Positions 27,330 to 38,123 of a stretch of 64,000 bases of DNA are shown here, one piece after another. Numbering within the stretch: the stretch's first letter is position 1; every line of letters starts with the position of its first letter. The position numbers and the translations under genes are program-made. A model generated the notes under the pieces. The model was not told the origin of the DNA. It did no database searches and saw nothing but the letters and a program-made list of their open reading frames with translations. Source of the stretch: Thermoplasmatota archaeon (GTDB taxonomy: Archaea; Thermoplasmatota; E2; JACPAO01; JAHFTW01). The DNA is taken from contig JBFIHX010000007.1 in the NCBI GenBank assembly GCA_041601615.1, forward strand, positions 93,468 through 157,467, written 5' to 3'.

Positions 27330-27381
27330 TGACGTGCCTGAGTCGCGCGCCTAGCGCCCCTCCAGGAGGGCCGCCATGCCT

Positions 27382-27454
27382 GCCTCGGTGGCTTAGTTGG
27401 TAGAGCAGTTGATTCGTAATCAACAGGTCGGGGGTTCAAATCCCCCCCGGGGCT
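27382..27454 (+). tRNA. tRNA-Thr(CGT)
   Basis: Acceptor GCCTCGG/CCGGGGC, D arm GCTT/GAGC, anticodon arm GTTGA-TTCGTAA-TCAAC and T arm GGGGG-TTCAAAT-CCCCC. No encoded CCA. Followed by an oligo-T terminator. Confidence 0.95.
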
Positions 27455-27609
27455 TTTTTTGCAAAACGGGTTGCCAAGTGGCGGCTTCGTTTGGGCGGTT
27501 TCGCCTAGGGATGGGCAGTATCTTTGCGCATCGCTCTGCCAAGGCCCCCCCTGCAACCGGCGCCGGACTTGCATGTCAAGCGCCGATTGCAGGAGGCGAG
27601 CGGCTTTGC

Positions 27610-28986
27610 TTAGTCCCTGATTCCGTCTTCGCATACCATCGCCACCGCCTCTCCCTCGGGCAGGTGCGGCGAGTCGATGAGGCGGCAGATGCGCTTGCCA
27701 CCTTTGGACTTGCGCAAGTAGATGCGGAAGGTGCTGGTGTGGCCGACGATGTGGCCACCAATGGCGTGCGTCGGGTCGCCAAAGAATGCATCCGGCTTGG
27801 AGCTTACTTGGTTGGTGACGATGACGGCGGCATTGTTGAGGCCCGCGAGTTTCTGCAGGTCGTGCATGTGGCGGTTGAGTTTCTGTTGGCGGTCGGCGAG
27901 CATGCCACGACCGATGAATTCGGCGCGGAAGTGGGCCGTGAGGCTGTCCACGACGATGACGCGGATTGGGAATTGCTTGCAGATTTCTTGGGCGCGTTCG
28001 GCCAAGAGCATCTGGTGGTTGCTGTTGAAGGCGCGAGCAACGTGGATGCGGCCGAGCGCTTCGTGCGGGTCCATGCCGTTGGCGGTTGCCATTTGGATGA
28101 TGCGCTCAGGCCGGAAGGTGTTCTCGGTGTCGATGAACAAGGCGTGGCCGTTCAGGCCGCCGTCTTCTTCGCTGCGCTGGACGTTGACACAGAGCTGGTG
28201 GGCAAACTGGGTCTTGCACGATCCGAATTCTCCAAAGAACTCCGTGATGCACTGGGTCTCGACGCCGCCACCCATCAGTTCGTCAAAGGACTTGGAACCT
28301 GTGTGGATTTTGTTGACCGTGCTTCGTCGTTCAAGCACCGTGATGCCGGATTCGAAGCCACCCACGTCTGCGAGTTTGCGGGCGGCATTGATGATTTTCT
28401 GGGCGACTCCTTCGCCCACGTCGCACTTGTCGGCCAATTCCTTGGGGCTCGCGACGGCGATGCTCATGAGATCCTCGAAGCCGGCTTCCTTGAGCTTGTC
28501 TGCGGTGGCGGGGCCGACTCCGGGTAGGTCGTCGACGGTCATGCTGATGACTGCTTCTTGGGCAGCTTCAGGCACTTGGGCGTCGACGGGGTGTTCGGCG
28601 ACGGAGGGCAGGCCGAGGATGTTTCGAGCGTCGTCGATGGTTTTGCGTGCGACGGCGCGGCTTAGGCCGGCGAATTCCTTGATGTCCTCGGGGCTTGCCT
28701 TGGCGATGGATTCGACGGTTTCGAAGCCGCCACCGCGGAGTTTGTCGGCCTTCTGGGTGTTCATGGTGGGCAGGTCTTCGACGGCAATGCCGCCGTGGGC
28801 TTCCATGAGGCTCTTGGCATTGGCAATGATGGTGGCGGCGGTGGATGCAGGGAAACCGGTCTTGGCTGCAAGGTCTTCGGGAGTGGTCTCCACAATGAGG
28901 GTGACGCTTCCGAGGCCGGCTTCTGCGAGTTTTTCGGCTTTGGTGGCGCCGACGCCTGCAATCTGGGTGAGCGGCATCTTAGACAT
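27610..28986 (-). CDS. radA: DNA repair and recombination protein RadA with three N-terminal HhH modules
   Basis: Motifs [56 protein letters not shown] and IDSP.LPEGE. Confidence 0.93.
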   Translation of the reverse strand: MSKMPLTQIAGVGATKAEKLAEAGLGSVTLIVETTPEDLAAKTGFPASTAATIIANAKSLMEAHGGIAVEDLPTMNTQKADKLRGGGFETVESIAKASPEDIKEFAGLSRAVARKTIDDARNILGLPSVAEHPVDAQVPEAAQEAVISMTVDDLPGVGPATADKLKEAGFEDLMSIAVASPKELADKCDVGEGVAQKIINAARKLADVGGFESGITVLERRSTVNKIHTGSKSFDELMGGGVETQCITEFFGEFGSCKTQFAHQLCVNVQRSEEDGGLNGHALFIDTENTFRPERIIQMATANGMDPHEALGRIHVARAFNSNHQMLLAERAQEICKQFPIRVIVVDSLTAHFRAEFIGRGMLADRQQKLNRHMHDLQKLAGLNNAAVIVTNQVSSKPDAFFGDPTHAIGGHIVGHTSTFRIYLRKSKGGKRICRLIDSPHLPEGEAVAMVCEDGIRD

Positions 28987-29415
28987 GGGGTTCAACCCGA
29001 CCAGTGTGCTGCCCATCATCAATGCAAGGGAGGGACGAGTGAATGTACTCGGGGACGGGAACAAGACGCGGCGCGAGGAGGGGGCGGATGGGGAGCAGAG
29101 GTGGGAACGGAGGAGGGGGCGGAGGAGGGAGCGGAGGGAGGAGCGGATAGGTGCACAACTGCAACGACGGTACCCGCGCACCGCGAGAAGGAAAGAAACT
29201 CGAACGGGCATCCGGTGGTTCTGGACCTCGGCTCTTGGTGGACTCGCCCCCGCCCGTCCAATCGCCCTGTCCCCCGGCCCGATGTGCAAAATAGTCCCGG
29301 GCTCAAGAATGCCTAGCCGCCGGGTGCTGCCGGTGCGCACCATCGAGCCTTAGCTTCGGCTTCGGTCCCGCAGGTGCTCCGTTTCGTGGCGCAACAATTT
29401 CAGGAGGGACAAGGG

Positions 29416-30153
29416 ATGGATCGTGCATTCACGCACTTGATGCAAGAGCTGGCAGAACTTCGCCTGCGTCGACCGGAAGGCTCGACCTGCGACGAACACA
29501 AGGACGCAGTGGCCCAACGCGTGGACATGAACTGCACCGCCGCCGGATTCGCACCGCCGCCCTGCGCCGTGCACATCCGCTTCGAGCAAGCATCCGCGGG
29601 GTGGAGACTCATCATTCTCACACCACCCGGCCGGCCGATCGACGTGGTTCGATGGTTGAAACCATACAACCCAAGCCGCATCGAAATCGAACCCGGCCTC
29701 GGCCCAAAATCGCTTACCGTCCACTTCGAGCACCTACCACTGCCCTGGCAAGGATTTCTGGCTACCGTCGCCGTGCATTGCATCGAAATGACTCCCGAAG
29801 GCACAGCCTCCTTTTTCACAGACTGCGCAGGCCATCGCCTGCAATCTGTTGTCCAAAATGGCACCGGCAAACCCGTCGTCCGCGTTCGAGAATCCCTCAC
29901 CGGACCCGCCAGCACCACCTTAACGCGCCGGCAAATGGAAATTCTCGCGCTGGCCGTCGCCCTTGGATACTACGAAGTTCCCCGCCGCTTGAACTTGCGC
30001 GACCTTGCCGAACGCGTGGAATTGAGTCCCGCCGCGACTTCCGAGTTGCTGCGCCGAGGCGAGCGATTGATCATCCTGAGCTATTTTGACGCCCACGCCG
30101 CAACGGTGTGCGCCGTTGCCGGCATGAGCCACGAAACCGCCGAACTCCAATAG
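29416..30153 (+). CDS. Bacterio-opsin-activator-type (HTH_10) regulator (start uncertain)
   Basis: C-terminal LTRRQ.EIL.LA..LGYYEVPR..NL.DLA....S..A.SE.LRRGE. Confidence 0.75.
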   Translation: MDRAFTHLMQELAELRLRRPEGSTCDEHKDAVAQRVDMNCTAAGFAPPPCAVHIRFEQASAGWRLIILTPPGRPIDVVRWLKPYNPSRIEIEPGLGPKSLTVHFEHLPLPWQGFLATVAVHCIEMTPEGTASFFTDCAGHRLQSVVQNGTGKPVVRVRESLTGPASTTLTRRQMEILALAVALGYYEVPRRLNLRDLAERVELSPAATSELLRRGERLIILSYFDAHAATVCAVAGMSHETAELQ

Positions 30154-30288
30154 GGAGCCACGATTCTTCGAACACGGACCTAGAGCCACGCGTTGCCCCC
30201 GGCGCCTGCAAGTGCCCCCCCTCCGCGTCGTTTGCCGATTTTGGTCCCCCAAGACGTCCTCAAACCCGTGTGCTACCCCCGCCCGGCC

Positions 30289-30372
30289 CCCGCAATCGTT
30301 CCTGCAATCGTTCCTGCATACGTTCCCGCAAACATCCCCTCCATCGTCCCCGCGAATACCCCTGCAATCGAC
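30289..30372. repeat. Degenerate 12-bp tandem repeat (7 units, CCYGCAATCGTY-like)
   Basis: cccgcaatcgtt cctgcaatcgtt cctgcatacgtt cccgcaaacatc ... cctgcaatcgac. Confidence 0.7.
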
Positions 30373-30676
30373 CCTGACTGATCCCCCGCTCAGCCTTGGC
30401 GCTGGCCCCGCTTGTGTCCCCGATTGTGTCCCCGCTCCCATCCAGGCAGAGGCCCGCACCAGAGCCCACACGCCAGGACACATACACATCTCCCCATCGA
30501 ACCAATCCATCCATTTGTCGAAGCTTTCGAGCATCAATTTTCAAGCAATTTTCGGGCACCGGACCCAAACGCCCAAGGGGCCCCACACACCCACAGGGGA
30601 CTCCGACAGCCGCACATGTACGGGTCGTAGAATGATTATGTCGAACGCCCACCCAATGCACCTTGAGGTGGTCCAC

Positions 30677-31429
30677 ATGACCCAAAAAACAAGCTCCCAC
30701 GCTCCGGCCCCACCCCGAACACCGGCCCACGGCCACGGCACACGCACCACGCGGACCGCCGCGCTCCTCGTCTTTGCCGCCATCGCCTTTGCACCCACCA
30801 TTCCCGCCCAACCAGACACCTTGGACCCAACCTGCTTCGAACCAGGCATGAACGTTCAATGCAACGAATTTGGCTCCATCATGATGGAAAACCAACGCGA
30901 CATCCGAGGCGAACCCATCCTCATCAACGTCACCGCCATCCTGCACACCGTCCACCTGGACGCCGACGCACGCTGGATCATGTTCAGCGTCCGCCACAGC
31001 CCCGAAGACGGCAGCAGCCCCATCTCCATCGCACCCCTCAGCTTCACCAGCCCCTTCGGCGACATCATCACCTCCAGCGTCGACCAAGCAACACCCAGCG
31101 AAGTCAATTTCTGGGTCCATGTCATCGACGTACCCCTCGACACCCCGACAACCATTGAAGTCCTCGTCGGTGCAAGCGAACGCGGCGCCTTCCGCTTAGA
31201 AGCCCTGGTCATGGCCTTCGACCGAGCCTACGAGCCCATCAAAGGCGCCGACGGAACGGACCAATCCTTGTTCTCGTTCACCCTCCTGGGTGTCAACGGC
31301 GAGACCAAGCGGACCGCCACCGCAAGCACCGGCGAGGACAAGTTCCGCGCCCCCGGCCCCGGAGCCGCCCTCACCTTCGGCGCCCTCCTTGCCATCGCCG
31401 CACTCGTCACACGGAGGCGCCTCGGATGA
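30677..31429 (+). CDS. Secreted protein with PGF-CTERM-like tail
   Basis: GAGGTG RBS, signal peptide, and C-terminus APGPG-TM-RRRLG. Confidence 0.7.
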   Translation: MTQKTSSHAPAPPRTPAHGHGTRTTRTAALLVFAAIAFAPTIPAQPDTLDPTCFEPGMNVQCNEFGSIMMENQRDIRGEPILINVTAILHTVHLDADARWIMFSVRHSPEDGSSPISIAPLSFTSPFGDIITSSVDQATPSEVNFWVHVIDVPLDTPTTIEVLVGASERGAFRLEALVMAFDRAYEPIKGADGTDQSLFSFTLLGVNGETKRTATASTGEDKFRAPGPGAALTFGALLAIAALVTRRRLG

Positions 31430-32091
31430 GCCCCCCCGACCGCCGCACCAGTCCCGTAGGCAACCAATTGCTCGAAATCGTGCGCACCCAACCCGGCATC
31501 CACTTCCGAGCCCTCGAACGCGCCGCCGAACTACACTCCGCCGGCCAACTGCGCCACCACGTCGACCGCCTCCTCCACAAAGGAGCCCTCATCGAAGTGC
31601 CCGACGGCGGCTACACGCGCTACTTCGTCGCCAACGAACACGACCGCCGCCTACGCCCACGCCTAGCACGATTCGCCCGCCCCATCCCCCGCCGCATCGG
31701 CATCCTCCTGCTCGAACAAAGCCTCAACCGCACCGAACTACGCCACCGCCTACGCTGCGCCGACTCCACCCTCGGATACTACCTCAAACGCATGGAAAAA
31801 GAGGGAGACATCATCAAGTGCAAAGGCCGAACCTGCTGCCACTACCGACTCGCCGACGCCGACATTCTCCGCGAGGTGTTCAAAGTGCCCCGCCCCGTCC
31901 TCGGCGCCCTCGAACCCGCCACCGGGCCCCGCGCAACCCAAACACCTCCCAGGAAATCCGACGCGCAACCCACGCCAACCACCCCGACCACCCCAAACCC
32001 ACCACCCACACAACCGCCCCGAGGGACCCCCTGGAACCGCCCCGCCCCAACCCGCCGCAGCGTGACCAACCAGGAGCTGGTCAGCCGTTGA
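31426..32091 (+). CDS. Double winged-HTH transcriptional regulator
   Basis: PGIHFRAL...QLRHHV..L, then STLGYYLKRM..EG.I. Confidence 0.8.
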   Translation: MSPPDRRTSPVGNQLLEIVRTQPGIHFRALERAAELHSAGQLRHHVDRLLHKGALIEVPDGGYTRYFVANEHDRRLRPRLARFARPIPRRIGILLLEQSLNRTELRHRLRCADSTLGYYLKRMEKEGDIIKCKGRTCCHYRLADADILREVFKVPRPVLGALEPATGPRATQTPPRKSDAQPTPTTPTTPNPPPTQPPRGTPWNRPAPTRRSVTNQELVSR

Positions 32092-33389
32092 CCCACCCAC
32101 AAACCCTGCCCAACCGAGCACGAAACCTCCTACAAAACGCCCAGCACCGCACCACGTTCTACCTCCTCATGAACAACGCCATGGCCGCCGGCACCGGGCT
32201 GCTCTTCTGGTTCATCATGGTCCGCATCGCAGACATCCCCACAGGCCAAATCGGCGTCGGATACTCCATCATCGCACTCGGCACCACCGTCGCCCTCGTA
32301 GCCAAAGGCGGCCTCGACACCGCACTCCTGCGCAACGTCCCCAAAGCCAGCGACCGCGAAGGACTCCGCCTCCTCGGCGTCGGCATCCTCGTCGGCGCCA
32401 GCGCCGCCATCCTCCTCTCCGGCAGCCTCGCCCTCGCCGCCAGCACAGGAGGTCCCCTACCACAACTCGCCCGCTGGGGCTGGCTCCTCGTCGCCATCAT
32501 TGCCATGCTCATGGTCGGCACCTCCCTGCAAGATGCCTGGTTTCTGGCCCAAGGCGACGCACGATCCACCTTCCGCCGCAACGTCGTCTTCAGCAGCGCA
32601 CGGATCATCCTACCCCTCCCCATCCTCGCCCTCGCACCACCCGAACCCGTCCCCCTCATCTGGCTGCTCGCCCTCATCGCCGCCACTCTCACCGGCATCG
32701 CACTCGCCCGCCACCGCCCCCACCACGACGGCGGCTCCGTACCCCGCCGCGCATTCCTAGGATGCGCACTGCGCAACATCACCAGCAGCGCCGCCGAATT
32801 CCTACCCGGCCTCCTGCTCGTCCCCCTCGTACTTGCCACCCAAGGCCCCGCCGCCGCCGGCTACTTCGGCATGGCCTGGACCGCTGCCGCCCTCCTATTG
32901 CTCGGCTCCGCCACCATCGGACGAAGCGCCCTCACATCCATGGTACGCGACGAACCACCCGCCACCGCCGTACGCCGCGCCGCCAACCAAGCCCTGTTGG
33001 TGCTCGGCCCCGTCGCCGTACTCGGCGCCCTCCTTGCCCGCTTTGTCATGGCCATCTTCGGCACCGACTATGCCACCGAATCCGCCCCCTCCTTCGCCAT
33101 CCTCTGCGCAAGCACCCTATTCGTCGCCCCCTCCTTCCTCTACCTCGCATACCTACGCGCCCGCGATCGGCCCGCAACCCTCCTGCTGTTTCCCTTAGCC
33201 ATGATCGCCGTCCTCTTCCTGCTCGCGCCGCCGCTCGCCCTCCTCTTCGGACTCGCCGGCGTCGCCCTCGCATGGCTCCTAGCCAACGCCCCCTTCGGCA
33301 TCTTTGCCCTCTGGCGCCTCAGCCGCATCGCAAAGGAGGTGACAACCCATGCTACCCCGAATCTCTGTGGTGATCCTCACCCTGAATGA
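32088..33389 (+). CDS. Polysaccharide flippase (MOP family)
   Basis: About 12 TM. Motifs GLLFW..VR, GGLDTALLR and G..AAGYF.MAW. Confidence 0.75.
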   Translation: MTHPQTLPNRARNLLQNAQHRTTFYLLMNNAMAAGTGLLFWFIMVRIADIPTGQIGVGYSIIALGTTVALVAKGGLDTALLRNVPKASDREGLRLLGVGILVGASAAILLSGSLALAASTGGPLPQLARWGWLLVAIIAMLMVGTSLQDAWFLAQGDARSTFRRNVVFSSARIILPLPILALAPPEPVPLIWLLALIAATLTGIALARHRPHHDGGSVPRRAFLGCALRNITSSAAEFLPGLLLVPLVLATQGPAAAGYFGMAWTAAALLLLGSATIGRSALTSMVRDEPPATAVRRAANQALLVLGPVAVLGALLARFVMAIFGTDYATESAPSFAILCASTLFVAPSFLYLAYLRARDRPATLLLFPLAMIAVLFLLAPPLALLFGLAGVALAWLLANAPFGIFALWRLSRIAKEVTTHATPNLCGDPHPE

Positions 33390-34527
33390 AGCCCGCAACA
33401 TCACAGACTGCCTGCAAGCACTCGCCACCCAAGACAACCACGGCTTCGAAGTCATTGTCGTGGACGCAGCCAGCACCGACGACACCGTGGCCCGTGTTCG
33501 CGCCCTGCAAAACTCCTTCCCCGTCCCCCTGCGCATCGAAGCCTCCCCCCACCGACTCCCAATCGGCGAAGCACGCAACCTCGGCGTAGCCCTCGCCGAC
33601 CACCCCGCCATCGCATTCATGAGCGCCGACGTCGAACCACGCCCCGACTGGATCAGCCGCGCCCGACACCACCTCCAACACTACGCCATGGTGTTCGGAC
33701 GACAACTCCACGCACCACAACACTGGACCGTCGCCGCCAGCGTGCGCGGACTCCGCTACAACTTCCCATCCTCACCCGTCGCAAACCCACTCCCCCTCTG
33801 CTCCAACGTCGCCAGCGCCTTCGACCGACACATCCTGACCGCACACCCCTTCGAGCCCAACGCTGACGCCGCCGAAGACCTCCTACTCGCCCTGCGGGCC
33901 GCCGCCGACGGACACCAAGCCACCTACGACCCCGACCTCATCGTACGCCACCACGACATCCAAACCATGAGCGAAGAACTTCGCAAAGTACGCCGCGAAG
34001 GACGCGCCTGGGGCCGACACCACCACGAACTCGGACCCCTGCCCGCCCTGCTTGCCTGGGCCGCCGCCCTCGTCCTCGCCGCCCCCTTCGTACGCCTCGC
34101 ACCACGCATCCTCGGCCCCGCCTACACCGGAATCCTCTGGGCCCCCGCCATGCGCCGAGCCCGCCGCCGACGCCACACCATGCCCGCCGATGCGCTGCTC
34201 GCAGGCACCCTCGCAAGCCCCACCTACGACCTCGCCTTCCTACTCAACTACCTCCGCGGCCGCGCCAACCCGGACGCCCCTCCACGCCCCGGACTCGCCC
34301 CGCGACCCACCCCGCCGCCGCCGCATCCATCCACCCATCCCCGTCCAACCTCATCCCCTCCACCCCCACAGCCCTCCACCCAAACCTCAACCCCACCCTC
34401 CACCCCATCATCCACCCAAGCCTCTGCCCCACCTTCCACCCCACCCTACGCCCCATCATCTACCCCACCTTCTACCTCGCCCTCTGCCCACCCCACCAGC
34501 CAAACCGACCAGGAGACCACAACATGA
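33349..34527 (+). CDS. GT2 glycosyltransferase with Pro/Ser/Thr-rich tail
   Basis: ISVVILTLNE, VVDAASTDDT, ARNLG, SADV and AEDL. Confidence 0.85.
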   Translation: MLPRISVVILTLNEARNITDCLQALATQDNHGFEVIVVDAASTDDTVARVRALQNSFPVPLRIEASPHRLPIGEARNLGVALADHPAIAFMSADVEPRPDWISRARHHLQHYAMVFGRQLHAPQHWTVAASVRGLRYNFPSSPVANPLPLCSNVASAFDRHILTAHPFEPNADAAEDLLLALRAAADGHQATYDPDLIVRHHDIQTMSEELRKVRREGRAWGRHHHELGPLPALLAWAAALVLAAPFVRLAPRILGPAYTGILWAPAMRRARRRRHTMPADALLAGTLASPTYDLAFLLNYLRGRANPDAPPRPGLAPRPTPPPPHPSTHPRPTSSPPPPQPSTQTSTPPSTPSSTQASAPPSTPPYAPSSTPPSTSPSAHPTSQTDQETTT

Positions 34528-35894
34528 CCCACGCCACCGTATTCATCATCATGGACGCCGGACGCTCCGACTACGTCCGCCCCGAAACCATGCCTTTCAT
34601 CCACGGCCTCGCCCAACAAAGTGTGCGCAGCGCCTTCGACAGCCCACCCGGATTCGCCCAACGCACCGTACTCTTCAGCGGCCGCTACCCCGACACCAGC
34701 GGCAACTTCAGCGCCTTCGTTTTCGACCCCGAACACAGCCCCTTCCAATGGGTGCGCAAACTCGGCCCCGCCCGCGCCCTCATCCGACCCCGCAAAGCCC
34801 TCTTCCCCACCCGCATCGCCGTCAACAAAACCACCAAGTGGATCACCAAGGCCTACCACACCGACCCCGCCTGGATCCCCCCCAAATTCCTACCCTTCTT
34901 CCGCCCCTGCGAAGACATGCGCCCCCTCTACGAACCCGGCGCCCTCGGAGCCAGCAGCATCTTCGACCTCTGCCGCAAACACGACCTCAAATTCCGCTAC
35001 CTCGCCCACCCCGTCAGCGGCGATGACGAAGAAATCCACGAAATCCTCACCCGCGAACTACGCGCCGGCGCCGACTACGACCTCTACGTTGCCCAATTCA
35101 GCGTCACCGACGAAAAAGGACACAAACACGGCCCCTTCAGCGACGCAATGCAGAAAGGCTTCCTACGCGACCTCGACCAAAAAATCGCCAGCATCCACGC
35201 CGCCCTCAGCGCCGGCTACGACGACTGGGACCTCTTCCTGTGCGGCGACCACGGCATGGCCCCCGTCGAACGCAAAGTCAACGTCCTCAAAGCCCTAGCA
35301 AAAGCCGACGCCAAACCCGCACGCGACTACGTCGTCTTCGTCAACAGCACCCTCGCCGTCTTCTGGTACCTCACCGACAAAGGCCGCCAAGCCATCGAAC
35401 AAGTACTCCCCCACGTCCCCGGCACCCACGTCGTCGACGAAGAAGAACGCAAACGCCGCCGCATCCCCACCGACCGCCAATGGGGCGACCGCATGCTCGC
35501 CGCCGAACCAGGCGTCCTGTTCTGGCCCGACTACTTCCATGTCACCGACTCCAAAATCGTCGGCATGCACGGCTACCTCGACAAACGCCACGAAACCTTG
35601 GGCATGGGCGTTCTCGCATCCAACAACGGCCACACCCGACCCCGCGACGCCGGCGCCCGACCCCTCGTAGACGTCTTCCCCACCCTCTGCGACCTCCTAG
35701 GCCTCCCAACACCACCCGGCCAAGAAGGAACCAGCATCCTGCACAAGTACGACGAAACGCCAGAACCACCAGCCACACCCAGCACCGAAACCAGCTCCCA
35801 AACGGGGCCCGAACCCGACGCCCCCGCAACCGAGCAACTCATCGCCGCACCCACCAAAACGCCGACCCAAACCAGGACAACTCCAGCCACCTAG
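34524..35894 (+). CDS. Alkaline phosphatase superfamily (nucleotide pyrophosphatase/phosphodiesterase-like) protein
   Basis: IIMDA.R.DY, LFSG.YP, D..GH..GP, GDHGM, GMHGY and VDVFPTL. Confidence 0.8.
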   Translation: MTHATVFIIMDAGRSDYVRPETMPFIHGLAQQSVRSAFDSPPGFAQRTVLFSGRYPDTSGNFSAFVFDPEHSPFQWVRKLGPARALIRPRKALFPTRIAVNKTTKWITKAYHTDPAWIPPKFLPFFRPCEDMRPLYEPGALGASSIFDLCRKHDLKFRYLAHPVSGDDEEIHEILTRELRAGADYDLYVAQFSVTDEKGHKHGPFSDAMQKGFLRDLDQKIASIHAALSAGYDDWDLFLCGDHGMAPVERKVNVLKALAKADAKPARDYVVFVNSTLAVFWYLTDKGRQAIEQVLPHVPGTHVVDEEERKRRRIPTDRQWGDRMLAAEPGVLFWPDYFHVTDSKIVGMHGYLDKRHETLGMGVLASNNGHTRPRDAGARPLVDVFPTLCDLLGLPTPPGQEGTSILHKYDETPEPPATPSTETSSQTGPEPDAPATEQLIAAPTKTPTQTRTTPAT

Positions 35895-35905
35895 GAGGCA
35901 AAACC

Positions 35906-36961
35906 ATGCCCTACACGGCACACGACACCCCCGCCATCGTCACCCGCATCCAATCCGACCTCCACCACATCGTACAAGTCGTTCGCAGCGCCGATCCCGG
36001 CCTACAAAGCCTCGTACTCACCGGCGGATTCGCACGCGGAGAAGGATCCGTACGAGGCGGCGAGCCCCAGAACGACTACGACCTCATCGCCATCCGCACC
36101 CGACGACACGGCAGGCCTTCCCCCTCCTACGACGCGCTTCGAGCCCGCCTCGAAAACGACCTCGGCCTCCACATGGACCTCGCCCCCGTCGGCGCCTGGA
36201 GACTCTCCTGGACCGCCCCCTCCATCTTCTGGTACGAAACCGCCCAACGCGGCCAAGTGCTCTACGGCAAAAACCTCCTCCACCGCATCCCCCGACGCAG
36301 CCCCCAAGACCTCGAACCCACCGAAGCGCTACGCCTACTCGTCAACCGCGCCGCCGGCCTCCTACTCGCCACCCAAGACCATGACGACGAAAAACGACTG
36401 CAAGCAAGCAAAGCCCTCCTTGCCACCCTCGACACACACTTGCTCGCCGCCGGCCACTTCGCACCCAGCCAAACCGAACGCTGGAACCTCCTTCACCAAC
36501 TACACCAACAAGGCAACGCCCCCGCCGCCCTTACCTACATCCACGACGAACTGCACTGGGCCTTCGCCCACAAAACCAGCCCCGACACCACGCCCCACAT
36601 GGACGCAAACACAGCCTGGCAAAGCGCCGCCCGCGCCCTAATCGACGCCATCCCCACCGCACTTCGACACGCCGCCCTCCCCTGCCTCGACGCCTACAAA
36701 ACCCACGACGGCCTCCTCGACCGCCTCCACTTCTGGCTCCACGCAAACGAAGTGCCCGGCGCCAACCGAAGCAGCCCCCACCCCACAGGCCACGTCCGCG
36801 TCGCCACCCTCCGCCTCCTCGAAGCATCCCTCGACGGCAACGTTCCAGCCTCCGCCGCCCACACCCACCTAGATCCAATCCTTGGCCGCCGCAACCACGA
36901 AAGCACCCCCGGCGGCGCCCTCGGCCTCCTATCCGCCCTGCGCCGTGCGACCCTGCAATAA
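35906..36961 (+). CDS. Pol-beta-like nucleotidyltransferase domain protein
   Basis: SLVLTGGFARGEG...NDYDL signature and AGGAGG RBS. Confidence 0.7.
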   Translation: MPYTAHDTPAIVTRIQSDLHHIVQVVRSADPGLQSLVLTGGFARGEGSVRGGEPQNDYDLIAIRTRRHGRPSPSYDALRARLENDLGLHMDLAPVGAWRLSWTAPSIFWYETAQRGQVLYGKNLLHRIPRRSPQDLEPTEALRLLVNRAAGLLLATQDHDDEKRLQASKALLATLDTHLLAAGHFAPSQTERWNLLHQLHQQGNAPAALTYIHDELHWAFAHKTSPDTTPHMDANTAWQSAARALIDAIPTALRHAALPCLDAYKTHDGLLDRLHFWLHANEVPGANRSSPHPTGHVRVATLRLLEASLDGNVPASAAHTHLDPILGRRNHESTPGGALGLLSALRRATLQ

Positions 36962-37475
36962 CTCCCCCGCGTCGCCGCCACTCCCCCCGCCCCCAACCCA
37001 GCACCAAGCCAGCACCAAGCGCACACCAACATCGTCCCTCAACCACCATCCCCAGCCACACCCCAGTGCCTCCCGATGCAAACCCCGCATCAGGAACCCT
37101 TCATGCACCAAAACAACCACCGACACACAAGCAACGGACGCAGCCACCCCACGCGCCCCCAACGACCCGCACGAAATACAGACACCGGCCCCGCCCGCGC
37201 GGACCACTCCAACCACGCCGCCGACGACGAAAGCACCACCACCCAGCGGCAAATCCACCGCAGCTACTTCTGAACACCCGATCCCCATTCTTCCCCCCTT
37301 GCGCCGCACCCCACACCCGGGAAGACCCGCGGCAACCCATTGCAATAACTAGGAAACAAACCTCCCACGCCCGGTGAAAACCACGCCTTCCAACCGGCTC
37401 CAAAATCGTCCCCAAACCACCATGGTTCTCCCGCAACAAGTGATTCTCAGCGCCCACTGGCGTTAGGAAATCACC

Positions 37476-38123
37476 ATGCAAAAAACCGGACAACCCCAGA
37501 ACCATCGAGTCAGCTTCTCCCTCGCGTTGGCCTTCACCGTCGCCGCGTTCCTCCTCATCCCCACCGCCGCCTCAGCCGGCGAAGACCACGACGAATGCGA
37601 CGACATCGACATGTTCAGCTACGGCGACCACGACGGCTGCCGTCCGCCCTGCGAATACGAAAACGGCACCCTGTCGATCTTCTACGGCAACTACGACCGC
37701 TGCAAACCCCGCTGCCCCGTCGACACCGGCGCAGGCGCCATTGCCCTCAACTACGGCGAGAACAAGCACTGCCGACCGTACTGTGAGAAGGACCAGATCC
37801 CCACCGCCGCCGTCATTGGAAACGGCGACCACGAACACTGCAAACCCCGCTGTGAAAAGGAATACGACAACAACGTCGCACACCTCGGTAACGGCGACCA
37901 CAAACACTGCAAACCGCGCTGCGAACGAAACGGCGAGAACCCCATGAGTTACGGCTACCGCCACTGCAAGCCCGAGTGCGAACGCGACGAACCGATGCAA
38001 TCCAACATCTTCGGCTACAAGGATGAATGCGTCGAAATCCCCGTGTTCCCAACCATCGCAGCCGGCATGTTCGCCGTCGTCGGCGGAGGCCTCGCCTACG
38101 CCGCAATCCTGCGCCGCCAGTGA
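37476..38123 (+). CDS. Secreted Cys/His-rich repeat protein with IPVFP sorting tail
   Basis: Signal peptide, six G-x(3,4)-C-[KR]-P-x-C repeats and a C-terminal IPVFPT-TM-RRQ. Confidence 0.75.
   Translation: MQKTGQPQNHRVSFSLALAFTVAAFLLIPTAASAGEDHDECDDIDMFSYGDHDGCRPPCEYENGTLSIFYGNYDRCKPRCPVDTGAGAIALNYGENKHCRPYCEKDQIPTAAVIGNGDHEHCKPRCEKEYDNNVAHLGNGDHKHCKPRCERNGENPMSYGYRHCKPECERDEPMQSNIFGYKDECVEIPVFPTIAAGMFAVVGGGLAYAAILRRQ

Noticed and set aside
27382-27610. tRNA-anchored genomic island
   Set aside because: There is no integrase and no duplicated tRNA 3' end in the window; radA follows directly.
37345-37355. 11-mer ATAACTAGGAA shared with the attI-like site (10186-10196)
   Set aside because: No L box, cassette or attC nearby; a single short match is insufficient.
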